From: Bugula neritina
Taxonomy: Eukaryota > Animalia > Bryozoa
DNA: 64,000 nt
NCBI GenBank assembly: GCA_964035545.1
Contig: OZ037769.1
Location: 12,554,633 to 12,618,632, forward strand
Reading direction: 5' to 3'
A program made the position numbers and the translations under genes. The notes under the pieces are model-generated. The model was not told the origin of the DNA. It saw only the letters and a list, made by a program, of their open reading frames with translations, and did not search any database. Of this stretch, positions 14,040 through 27,300 are shown piece by piece. How positions within the stretch are numbered: the stretch's first letter is position 1; each line of letters begins with the position of its first letter.

Positions 14040-14661
14040 GCAGTACAGAACGTCATTATGTATATAGAGTTTGGAAAGAATTACATTACAAATAATGTAA
14101 TACTGACTATATATTGCATTATTATGGAAGTGTAATGTAGAAATTATCTTCTTTAGCAAAAGTAATTAAATGCCATAACATAATATAGTCTCTATTTTGA
14201 TATCATTATCATGTGTTACAGCCCTACATGGCATCGTATTTCAGTTATATATTCAAAAAATATCTCCTTTGCTGTTCAACAAGAGAAAATGCTTGCCATG
14301 TTGCTCAGTATGAAATTAAGGCAAATACATAAATATAGGTAAAAAGTACATGCTCACAGGGAAAGGTTATTGTAGCTGACTAAATTGTTATAGTTGTTGA
14401 AAAACATTCAAATTAGAAGCAGTGCAATGCATGATGTGTAATAGGGCTGTTTTTCTTGTATATTATCAAATTATCAATTGCAACTATGAAATTCTTCTTG
14501 TGATAATATACTTGCTTGCATAACATCACATTATTTGCCCTTCTTTGATTATGTTATTATATATACCAGACATTATTTTTATCTGAAAAGTGCATATATT
14601 CATATAATTGCTGCATAAAGCTACTGGTGATAACATTACTGATTACTCTTTATAACACTTG

Positions 14662-14742
14662 TTGCCCCGCTGGGATTCAAACCTGAGACCTCCAGCGCAC
14701 AAGCAGGCGTGCTACCATTACACCACAGAGGCTATTGGGTAA
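14662..14742 (-). mobile_element. tRNA-derived SINE family A
   Basis: Minus strand reads gcctctgtggtgtaatggtagc...ggtttgaatcccagcggggca (A-box and B-box-like). Related copies at ~14889-14975, ~36920-36987 and ~58361-58437. Confidence 0.65.
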
Positions 14743-14888
14743 TCACAACGCTACATCTCACCCAGTTTTTAAGAACTCCACTGGCCTCTCTCCTATACTT
14801 TCAATCTTTAGGCTCCCTTGACCTCTCAACTCCCATGGAGTGCTACTACTACTTCACTTCACTAAAGGCCGAAATAGCTTATAAAACT

Positions 14889-14975
14889 TTTGCCCCTGCT
14901 GGGATTCAAACCTAGGCGAGATAACCGGCTTGCAAGCAGGGGTCACTACCATTAAATCACGGGGCTATTGGGTAA
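14889..14975 (-). mobile_element. tRNA-derived SINE family A, second copy
   Basis: Shares tgcccc..ctgggattcaaacct...gcaagcagg...ctaccatta...ggctattgggtaa with 14662-14742. Confidence 0.6.
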
Positions 14976-15330
14976 ACTCAACACTGCAGTCCTAGTTTTC
15001 AATTAGTATCAGTTTTTAAATTAAGCTGAGTTTAACTGAATTAAATACAAAAATTAGAGTTGTTTTCAATAGTATGAATGTTGATTGAACAGATAATTTG
15101 AATTGCTCTATAAACAGATTCGAGTTTGGAGTGATTGAGGGAGGTAGTGTGGGGTTTTATGCTTGGAGTTGGGTCCCCCTAACTCGGAGCTGCGCATAAA
15201 CGATTCCAATGATTTGCCCAATGGTATTCATTTTACTGTGCTCGTCGACTACAGCGATTGTGTTTTTTACACTTGTAATGCAATCACATTTGCTGTAGTG
15301 AAAAAGAATAGCAAAGACAGAGCTGGCAGC

Positions 15331-18300
15331 ATGGCAGAAGCCTTTCCTGCTGAAAATGTTTCAAATCCTACAGAATCTCAGCACGCACCTGGCTCGGCTG
15401 AAAATACCACAAGTTCTTTGCCTACTGCAGTTATTGTTTTGGGTATGGCAGGTTCGGGCAAGTCTTCATTGATGCAGGTACTGTGGACACTCGCAGTCAA
15501 ACTCAAAGTCGTTGTCAATCACAATGACAATGGTTGAAATTGACAGTCACAATGTCATACTCATACTGATACTCAATAAAATTATAATTATTTATAGTAA
15601 TTTTATTAAACTCAATAGATTATTAATAAATAATTATTGGATAGTTTTAAAAAATATATAATAAATAATAATAATATATATATATATAATTATATATAAT
15701 TAATTTTTATTCAATGATTCATTCACACTATGACTATGGTTATCATCTCATAGTCATAGTGAATGTGATACTAATACTGATAGTGATAATCTTTATCCTA
15801 ATTATAATTATACTCATAATGACACTGACGGAGAACCATAACTCATAGACGTAAGACTATCAGTATCACTGTCAGTATCACATGTCACAGAAACTGAAAG
15901 AATTGAGCCATACCCATATATGCGCTAAAACTCACAATCTGAATTGCAGATTAGAATTACCTTCTCAGAGTGAGAGTCAGTTTCAGTGACAATCTTCAAT
16001 TGAGCACACTGATAATCGTAATGATGATGACTATCAAGTATCAATCATCAATGGGATTAACTTAGGCTTAGGCTGATGATTATAACTTATAAATTTTAAA
16101 ATTATTTAATTGAATAATTTAAATTGTACTTATAATTATATAGTAATACTAATACTAATACTTCACCTTTTCATCTACCCAATAGTAATACTGATATAAA
16201 TATTATAATTCAAATTATAATAATAAAAAAATTAAATGGTGTAATAGTAGTACCTGTCGATACCTGTCGATGTTATCTTCACACTGGACCTCCCTAGAGG
16301 GAGGAAGGGATGTGCTGCATATAGAAAATAAGTTGTCAGTACTTGGGCAGTAGTCTAAACAATGTTACCATTCTTGTGTAGATTAACTTAATAGGCTAAC
16401 CAGCTTGTCTGTGTGTGATTTACAGTTATGGACTGCTCTGGAAAAGTCATTCAATCAATGCTGATCCTCATATCTCTTATCGTTCTTGGGAGAAAACTAT
16501 AATAATATTCATCCATACTTTATTTTTACTGATCTGGGAAGTCTTGAAACCTCAGATGGAGTCTGTACAATGCTTGCCGTTCGCTGATCCAGAAAATCAT
16601 CATAGGCAACACTCAGAGTTGGATGTTGTTCTTCCTTAGACAATATTTTCAGGAGAAGGTGGATGTGTCGTATTTTTCTCTTTTGATTAAACGGCTCCAA
16701 ACACAGCTTTTTCATTTCTTCGCTGATATCAGTTCTTTGTTGTTAGAGACAAAACGCACAGCATCTGTTTGTACATTCTCCATTATACTTATATGGTTTT
16801 TGCTTGATGGGTCTCAGGCTGCGCTGGCATATTCCAAGTGTGGGAGACAGTGGGCTTTGTAGGCAATAAGGTTTTCTCTCTTGGGGGGGCCCAGTAGTGT
16901 AGTATAATGTTGTTTACAATTGCTGAGTTATTTATATACTTAACAGTAATATGCTATTAATACATATGATGTCGTAGATTTGTGATTCATTCCTATGTTA
17001 TATATATATACCTTACACTTATGATCAACAGCAGTTCTTTCTATGCTGTCAAGCTGTATACTTTATACCTTACAATAATAAACGTCACGATACATTATTC
17101 CAATGGTCTCATCTTAATTATTACCCACGCAAACGTACAACAAACAAGAAACATTACATGGTGTCAGAAGTGTGTGACCTGAAAGAAGAATAATGGCTAC
17201 CAGAGCACCTTCATCATTTGACTTCACTAACCCAAGTGGATGGGGTGAGTGGATACGAAGATATAGCAGATATCACAATGTAACAAAAATGTCAAAAGAA
17301 GCTGACGACTTACAAATAGACAGTCTATTATATACGATGGGAGAAGCAGCCGAGGACATTTTTATACAGCTACCACTCACAAATGATGACAGAAAGAAAT
17401 ATGATAAGGTAAAGGAAGCATTTGACACATATTTCAAACCTAGGACAAACAAGGCACATCACATTGTGCAGTTCAATGGAAGAACTCAGGAACCTAATGA
17501 AAACAATGAGGAGTATATCAGGGCACTATACTCTTTAGCACAACATTGCGAATTTGGCAATGCGGTAAATGATAACATTAAATATAGATTGCTGACAGGG
17601 ATGAAAGACAAGGCTCTGTCAATTGAGCTACAGCAACTGACAGAAGATCAGTTAACGCTAGAAAACGTAACACAACGCATGAGAGCCAAGGAGATAATAC
17701 AGAGAAACCTTGCGAGTGCTGCACCAGAGCAACCAGCAGATGTAGATGCAATAAGGAAAAGAGATTACTCAAACAATTTTCAGCCAAAAAAACATACAAT
17801 GGATATTATTAACAACTGCCATAGCTGCGGATCTAGTCACAGAAGGAGACACTGCTCAGCGTATGGAAAATCCTGTAACAAATGTGGTAAATTTAATCAC
17901 TTTGCTAAGGTATGTAGATCTAAGGCTATAACGAAATCTACAACTAACGCTGTACAAGTACCAGATGCTACTACAGATGTCAATGAGGAACCATGCATGT
18001 TTAATGTAGGATTATGTAGCAATGTTAAGCTTAATGCATGCAATTCGTCAGTTTGGTTTGAAAATTTTGTTTTTGGTAAAACTAAGGTTGCCATGAAAGT
18101 TGATACAGGTGCACAAGTTAATGTTTTGACAAGAGATATTTTTGAAAATCTTGATGTAAGTAGGGAACTTAGAAAAGCTGGTACAAAGCTCACAGGCTAC
18201 ACTGGTCATGTTATTCCAGTAGATGGAGTCGTAGAACTGCCATTCAGTTTTAGGGGTAAAACCTACAAATCTGAGTTCTATGTAACCACTGCTAAAAACA

Positions 18301-21300
18301 CACCTCTTTTGGGCTTGCCCACCATCAAGGAGCTTGGTCTAATAGGAATAGATCAGGTAGAGCAAGTAGATACTGATAGCAGTAAGTTGATAGTTGAAGA
18401 ATTCAAGGATGTTTTTGAGGGGTTTGGAAAATTAGACATAGAACACCACATTACACTAAGACCTGAGGCTAAGCCAGTAGTATGTAATGTTAGACCTGTT
18501 CCCATAAATGTAAAACCAAAGCTAAAAGCAGAGCTTGATAGGCTTGAGAAATTAGAAATTATTCAAAAATGCAATGAGCCTTCAGATTGGGTTTCACCCA
18601 TTGTAGTAGCGGAAAAGCCTAACAACCAAATAAGGCTTTGCTTAGATCCTAGGCTGTTGAACAAAGAGATCATGAGAGAGCACTATAAGTTGCCTACAAC
18701 TACAGAGATATACAGCAGGATAGGCCAGTCAAAATTCTTTAGTACTCTAGATGCTACAAAGGGTTTTCACCAGATACCACTTGATGTAGAAAGTTGTAAA
18801 TTGACAACATTTATTACACCCTATGGGCGTTACAACTACAAACGATTGCCGTTCGGGTTAAATTCAAGTGCTGAGGTTTTTCATAAAACAATGTGTCAAA
18901 AACTAGGTGATATAGAGGGAATTGAAATCTATATTGATGATTTGCTAATCCATGCACCTACTAAAGAGATTCATGACCGAAGGCTTAGGGAAGTTTTGTT
19001 GAGATGCCGTGAGATAAATCTGAAATTAAACCCTGAGAAGTGTGCTATAGGTAGACAAGTAGTTAACTTTCTAGGCCATGAAATTTCAGGTGATGGAATT
19101 TTGCCAAAAAGAAATAGGGCTAAAGCAATTCAGGAAATGCTGACTCCCACATGCAAAAATGATGTTCAACGATTTCTTGGGTTTGTTAATTATATGGGAA
19201 AATTCTGCCCTGATTTGGCAAATGAAACACAACCATTGCGACAGCTGTTGAAAAAGAATACAACTTTTATTTGGGAAAAGGCACACAATAATGCATTTGT
19301 TAAAATTAAGCAACTTGTCTCAAATGCACCACTTTTGAAGCATTTTAATTCTGATGAAGAAATAACACTGCAAGTGGATGCTAGTTCATTTAGCTTGGGG
19401 GCAGTTTTAATGCAAAAAGGCCAACCAGTGGAATTTGCAGCCAAGTCATTAACTGACACTCAGAAGCGCTATGCACAAATAGAAAAGGAATTGTTAGCAG
19501 TGTTGTTTGGCTGTAGGAAGTTTCATTATTATGTCTATGGAGGTAGCAAATTTTTTGTGCAAACTGACCACAAGCCTTTACTAGGCATAGTGGAGAAAAA
19601 CATAGAGGACACAAATCCTAGAATTAGGAGAATGCTGCTTGAGTTAATGTCCTACGATTTCAAATTAGTGTACAAGAAAGGTAATGAAATGTACATAGCT
19701 GATATGCTGAGTAGAGCATCATACCCTGACATAGATACATCTGTAAATGTTGCTGAATTTGATCCTATGAACAAGTTGCCTGAAATGATATTTTGTTCTG
19801 ACCAAGCTAAAGCAGAATACAAACAAGCAGTTTTGAGCGACAGAGAGCTACAGGCACTCAAACTATTGGTAATTAATGGATGGCCGCCATATAGGAAATC
19901 GTGCAGCTTTGTTGGAAGAAAATATTGGCCATGGCGTAATGAAATTGGAATTTGTGATGAATTTCTATTTGTTGGTTCAAAGCTGATAGTACCAATGTCA
20001 AAACAAACAGAAATTTTGCAAAAATTACATAAGTCACATCAAGGCATTGTGAAAACAAAGGCATTGGCAAAAACAGTGGTGTTTTGGCCTGGAATAAACA
20101 ATCAAATTGAGGAAATGATTCAGTCATGCGTGCAATGTAGGGAAAACATTGAGCAGCAATGTAGGCAGCCAATGATGGCTAGTGAGATACCTAAATATCC
20201 TTTTCATACAGTAGCAGCTGACTTGTTTTCTTTGGACGGAAATGATTTCATGTTAATTGTTGATTACTTTAGCAAGTGGTTAATTATTGAGCCATTAAAG
20301 ACGACAACAAGCTCATCAGTGATTCAGTGTTTTGAGAAAACATTTGCTGATTTTGGGGTTGCATGTGTACTTAGAAGTGATAATGGGCCCCAGTTTACTA
20401 GTCAACAATTCAAAATATTTTTGAATGAACAAGGCATTGAGCATTTGACATCTTCACCAGGGTATCCACAAAGTAATGGGTGTGCAGAAAGGTACGTTAG
20501 GACTGCAAAAGCTTTACTAAAAAAATGCAAAGCTGAAGGCAAAACATTTTATGGTGGTTTGAGAAATTTGAGAAACACTCCAATAAGTGATAAAATACCA
20601 TCGCCAGCTGTACTACTACAAGGTAGAGTGCTGCCAGACACTCTTCCTAGAGATTTGAAAACGCTTTTTCCAAATAGCTATGACGAACAGATAATTCAAA
20701 ATGAATTTGAGATTGTCAAATCTACACAGAAATTAAATTATGACAGACATGCTAAATCTGAACTTTCAGTTTTAAAACCTGGTCAGAGAGTTCGTGCAAA
20801 AATTAATGATAAGTGGATTTTGGGAAAAATTCAGAAACAAGACCTGACTGGTCCAAGGTCATACTGGGTAGTAACCGACGAGAATAAATTGTACCGTAGA
20901 ACTAGAGGGGATATAACTTTAACAAATGAGCCTCAACAAATACCTACTCCTGTATTGCCCCCTATGCACAGATCTATCCCTGCCATACCTGGCCCTCCTA
21001 TAGATCAAGCTGATGATTCAAACAGTTCACAATTTGAAAATAGTTCGAATGTAAATCCTCCAGGTGCATATAGAACTCAGAGAGGAAGGTTAGTTAGAAA
21101 ACCAGAGAGATTAGGTTATGACATGTAGAATTAACAATAACATGCCATGGGTAGTAGTTGAGGTTTGCACCAGCACCTAGCAATTAATAGCATGCAGAGT
21201 TTGTATTCATTTATTATGTCATTATAATCGTTAGTGAGAATTAGTTTAGTTGCATGCCAACTTTTCATCATGCTTATACTGTTGTTTTATGCTTTTCTAT

Positions 21301-24300
21301 TATAAAACATTTAGAAAGGGGAGATGTAGTATAATGTTGTTTACAATTGCTGAGTTATTTATATACTTAACAGTAATATGCTATTAATACATATGATGTC
21401 GTAGATTTGTGATTCATTCCTATGTTATATATATATACCTTACACTTATGATCAACAGCAGTTCTTTCTATGCTGTCAAGCTGTATACTTTATACCTTAC
21501 AATAATAAACGTCACGATACATTATTCCAATGGTCTCATCTTAATTATTACCCACGCAAATGTACAACAAACAAGAAACATTACAAGTAGAGTGCACGTT
21601 TTATCATGTTGTTTGCTGTTTTGCAACAAAAACCTTCTTTAGGATGTGCTGGTCAAATTTACAGTCTGATTGCAGTGTTCACCAAGGTATTTTGTTCAGT
21701 CAATATGATTCATCACTGATCCAATAAGCTTATATTGGGGAGTATCGGTCTTAGGGTTAAAGCTGATGATCTTGCTCTTGGAGATGTTGAATGACGTTTC
21801 CCACTTTTTCGACCAAGTAGTAAGAGAGTCCAGGTTTCCCTGAAATCTCTTACAGTCTTCCAATGCGGAAATTTCTTGGTAAACGAGTGTATCATCGGCA
21901 AAAAGAGCACAAGAGCAGTTGAGACACCCAGGAAGATCATTTTAGGGCTGATAATGAAGATCATTAGTAGTGCTAATAAAATATATTAAATCACTAATGG
22001 TAAAACTAAAAGTAAAACCAAATAGGCTATTCAAATCTAAATGTTATACACTACATCTTTATTTTATCATCTGTAGTTTGTTAGATTTTAGACCTAATTT
22101 TATCAATTTTTACATAATTAATATGAAACTTAATGTCAAACCTAATATGAATCTTAATTAATACTATAAATGGGCTACCATGCTTGTTCTGGATAGTAAT
22201 AGTACTAACTACTACAGCTATTAGAAGTAATTATACATTTACCAATTGCCGATATGGAAATGAGTATACTATCTTATTATAATTATTGTGGCTATTTTTT
22301 CTTTATAGTATCAGTTTTACCTCAACGTTGACTTTATTTTTTTGTTACAAGTGCTATCCTCAACAGAGGCATTGTCATAATCATTTAATTGAATATTATT
22401 GTTAGCTATGACTCTGTGATAATGGCTATTAGTATAAGTATTGCTATTGTTTGCTTATTTTTAAATTCAAGTTGACCTGGGCATGAAGAATGAATTCTAA
22501 GTTGATTTTTCTATAGGGATGAGCTATTAAGAAGAAATTAAATTCATCCTCAATTTTAAGTTTGGATATTTTATTTTGATAACTTCTTGCTTACATGGAT
22601 TTATTGAATTTTTAACTTGAATATTTTGATTTAAGTTAACGTCTTGTCTCACTAACCCCCCCCCCAACATACTTCAAGTATATTACTGTTGAGTTAAGGC
22701 TGAAATCACACCAATGTTTATTCAGAATAATAAAAGTGTTTATTTTAAGCATACTACTAATCCAAACGGCCCTCATCCTCTTGGAAGCATAAACTATAGC
22801 TGATGTTGAATTTATATTAAAACTTCACTCTAAGTGTTGGTTTTAGTACCACAATATTACTAATGCTTGTTTTATATTATATTTATATTGTATTATATTG
22901 TATTGTATTATTTCTGTGAATATTTTAGAGGTTAACTACTCACCTATATGCCAGGAAAACTCAACCATACGTCATCAACTTAGATCCTGCCTGCTATGAA
23001 GTCACTTTTCCTGCCAACATAGGTTGGTCTATATCATAGCCTTAGGTTCACAGAGTAAATTTTGTTTTGTAATGGAAAGGTTTTCAGTGTGTCCCATTTT
23101 TATGAACTAAAGCTAGACCACAGTGTCATTAGTAAGCTAAAGCTTTGGGTGGAAATGCAGTTTTGAATATTTTTTATAGAAAATGGCCATAGTTGATTCA
23201 GTAACTAGTACTGTGCTTTGATAGTATGAAATAGTATTAGCAAAAATTAGCTACATATAATATATCAAGTTTGTAATTTTGTGATGCATTAGTAAATTTG
23301 TTAAAACTGCTCTGCTACTCTTCGCATGTCTTCATACTGAGCGTTTAAAAGTTTAAAAATTTTTTTATTTTCTCAATCATTGGTAAATTAAAAGAACTGA
23401 CTTTGTACTACTTCTGCCAATACAGGTTATTTCAGACCTATTTTTCTGGAAACTGTTTATTGGCTCAAAGGAACTTTTAGCTCATATTAATTAGCTTTGG
23501 GTTACAATGTTTGGGAGTTAGCCTCTCATCTTTATGTGATGTGAAAAGTTGTACAAAAATATTAGTTGCCATTGTAATTATTTTTAAACAATTAGGAAAA
23601 ATTGAAATTTACTTTGAGGTACATGTGGTCAGTGTTGAAACACTGATAAGAAACTGTTAGGATTATGGCAGAATTACATTAAAATAGATTTAATCAAAGA
23701 TAATTATAGCTTCAGTAAAATATTCAGAATTGCCCCCATTGTGTATGACAGTTAGAATGTCTTCGTTTCATACATTGCAGATATCAGGGATACAGTAAAT
23801 TATAAAGAAGTCATGAAGCAATATAATCTGGGACCTAACGGTGGTATTATGACCTCTCTCAATCTTTTCAGCACAAAATTTGTAGAGGTCAGTGTTAAAG
23901 TCATACTTAGAATGGCTTTGAAAATAACTATGAGTTTTTTCTAAATTACTGTCCTTACAATAATTTAATATTTCACTTTATTACTCTGCAAATATGATTA
24001 TATATTTAATTTATATTTATTATTTTTCTTTCAAATAATCTAAGACTGAAGTTTATTAAAGAGTTGAACAAAGCAATTTTTAAAATGATTGAAATATTAA
24101 TACAAGTGCTCAAGATGCACCATATCATAATAATTCACTGTAAATCTCACAACGTTGTTATGATCTGCAGGTTTTTTTTCTTTGGGAGTTGTGTGCCCGA
24201 ATATTTTTATAATTATGTTCAGTAGTCTGATAATAATAATGTCCACAAGCAATGATTGGTAACTCTATAGGAATTTCCTGCTCCTGGCTTTTATATTCAA

Positions 24301-27300
24301 GCTAGAGGTGGAAAGACTTTGGCAGACAGAATTGTAATAATTATTAGTTTTAATTTCACAATGATATTATTGCACACAGTTTACACTTAAAACTAGTCTT
24401 GGTATAGCCGGGCATGTAATATCTTGCTGTATATAATGAATAAATAAGAACACATATTTGTGATATTATATGTTTATATGCACCAAGCTATAGTGGTTAT
24501 CATAGCCAAATTTAGTTGCAAGTTGTAGTTAACATGTATGCAATAAATTGCATACATGTTTTATTAATTTTGAGATAGTTTCACATTAATTAAAATCATT
24601 TTGAATCTGTAGAGTCAATCACAAATATGTACAAACAAGCAATATACAAACTAACAAACTCAAATTCAGTTTGTACTAAATAAAGTGAACTAACCCATTT
24701 TATGACGGTAATGACCAAATAATCAAATCTATGATTTGAGAAGAGTAGTTAGTTGCAAGTATTGGAAGAGTATAGCTGACTATTGCTGGTTAAGTTATCT
24801 CATTCGCGTGTCCTAATATTCACCAGGTGATGGCGCTAGTTGAACAGAACGAAGCTAAGACTGAGTACATACTGATAGACACTCCCGGACAGATAGAAGT
24901 GTTCACTTGGTCTGCATCCGGCCAGATCATCACAGAAGCTCTGGTAAGATCACCGCAGGTTACATTGTGTGGTGGTAGACAGCTGTACCATTGTGAGTTA
25001 CAGTGGTTGGCTTATTGTGTTATTATTTCTCTACACAGGCCACTCGGTACCCGACTATCATAGTCTATGTGATGGACACGGAGCGTAGTGAGAATCCCGT
25101 CACCTTTATGTCTAACATGCTCTACGCGTGCAGTATACTCTACAAGACTAAGCTACCTTTCCTGATTGCCATGAATAAGGTCTGTCAACAATTGTTTCGG
25201 AGAATAACATACTATTCTCTGTCACATGATATACTTTCACTTTGTGGTTGCTAAGCTTTGGGGAAACTTTGTTTCACAGAGTGCAAAGTTAATGTTTGAA
25301 TTAGGAAGTTGTATTTAAAAGTTTGACCAACTGTGTGGTGATTGCAACATATTGATGTGTGTATTCTTGAAGCTGTGTAAAACAAGATATGAAGGAGCAA
25401 AGTTTAATCTTACTTACAGCTAGAATTTGCTAGAAGCATGTTTTGTAAGCTGAGATATGTCTTGGGTATTTCAAATAACCTACCCCTGTGTTACAAGGGA
25501 GTTTTACATATTGCAACTCCTACGAGTTTCAGCAAGACTAACTGCTATGTCTGTTTGGAAGAAAAATTGTTCAAATATGTAAAATACATTCTTTGTGCCC
25601 TTGAAGTTGGCCAAAGATGTTTGAAATATCTTCTCTTTGTTCAACAGACGGATATAATCAGCCACAAGTTTGCCGTGGACTGGATGCAAGACTTTGAGGC
25701 GTTTCAAGAGGCACTCGAACACGAAACAACTTATGCATCTAATCTCAGCAGCAGTATGAGTCTCGTTCTAGATGAATTCTACAGCAATATCAAGGTATAA
25801 ACTGTAGAAATGTCTTATACAGTAATACTAAGGTATAAACTGTAGAAAATATCTTCTGCAATAATATCAAGGTATAAACTGTAGAAAATATCTTCTGTAA
25901 TAATATCAAGGTATAAACTGTAGAAAATAGCTTCTGCAATATTATCAAGGTATAAACTGTGGGAAATATCTTCTGCAATAATATCAAGGTATAAACTGCA
26001 GAAAGTATCTTATACAGTAATACCAAGGTATAAACTGCAGAAAATATCTTATACAGTAATATCAAGGTAAAACTGTAGAAAATATCTTCTGCAATAATAT
26101 CAAGGTGTAAACTGTAGAAATATCTTCCACAGCAACATTAAAGTATAAACTGCGGAAAATATCTTCTACAATAGTGGGTATATACTGTAGAAAGTGTGTT
26201 CTGCACGGTAATATTTAGGCATAAGCCAGAAAAGATGTCAATGAAAAGCTTTATAGCTCACATTGATTGAAATGTGACCTCAAACTTTTCAGTATTGAAT
26301 TTTGTAGTGCAACTTAATGCTGCAGGATGGGTTTTTGCTTGTGATATTACATAATTATAACGTCTATCAGTAAATGTTATAGTAATAATAATTTTTATGT
26401 TATATTATTACAGTCTGTGGGAGTTTCGGCTGCGAATGGACAAGGGATATCGGAATTTTTTCAGGCAATAGATGAGCTACGAGTAGAGTATATAAAGTTA
26501 GTAGTTCACTTAGTAACATATCTTTCCATGTGTGAACATGTCTTTAGCCTGCAAATTGTTAACTTGTTTACTTGGGAAATTAATAGTCATCAAAACCGTT
26601 TGCTATGAGCTATAAGTGGTCTTACTTGGCTGTTTGTACAGAGTTTAAATTGATAAAAATGTGAACTGTAATAATTGTTGAGTTAAACTTGCTACGTGGA
26701 ATAGTGCTTAGAGTAGTACTTAGAATAGTACTTAGTATTTAGCAGAGAAGTGTTTGATAATGCTGTTAGTGTTATGATCATTTATATTAACCAGTTAGAA
26801 ACTCATTATGTTCTTTTTCAACTATAACTGATCAAACTTGCTTGTAAAGAGAGAGAGTCGACTGTGGCCAGATTTCTGTAAACTCTAACCAGTACTGTAG
26901 TCATTGCTTCTAGTTGACCATTGATGGCCTGGAAATCTCTAGCTTTTTTAACTATTTCTGGAGGGGGTGGTATGGGGACACCTTAATCTATATTTTTATT
27001 AAAATATTCACAAGTTTTCAATTGACTTAATTTGTTAGTAAGGCTATTATCATTATTGTTATCAGTGAATATAAGCCAGAGTACGACAGGCGGAAAGCTG
27101 CATTGCTAGCTAAAGAAGAGGAAGAGAGAAAAGCTAATCTAGAGAAATTGCGGAAAGATTTATCTGCATCAGGAGACGGTGATGAAGTGAAGCTGGCCGG
27201 TAAAAGCTCTTGGATATATAATTACATATATTTATACATATAATTATATATATCTGCTCAATATTTTCATCTTGACAATATTATGGTAAACGCAATATAT

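Noticed and set aside
14662-14742. Possible tRNA genes (also 55479 and 58361)
   Set aside because: Stems are imperfect, and the copies are dispersed, divergent and share non-tRNA flanks, which fits SINEs better.
16982-17182. ORF duplicated at 21409-21642
   Set aside because: Chance frame within the two LTRs.
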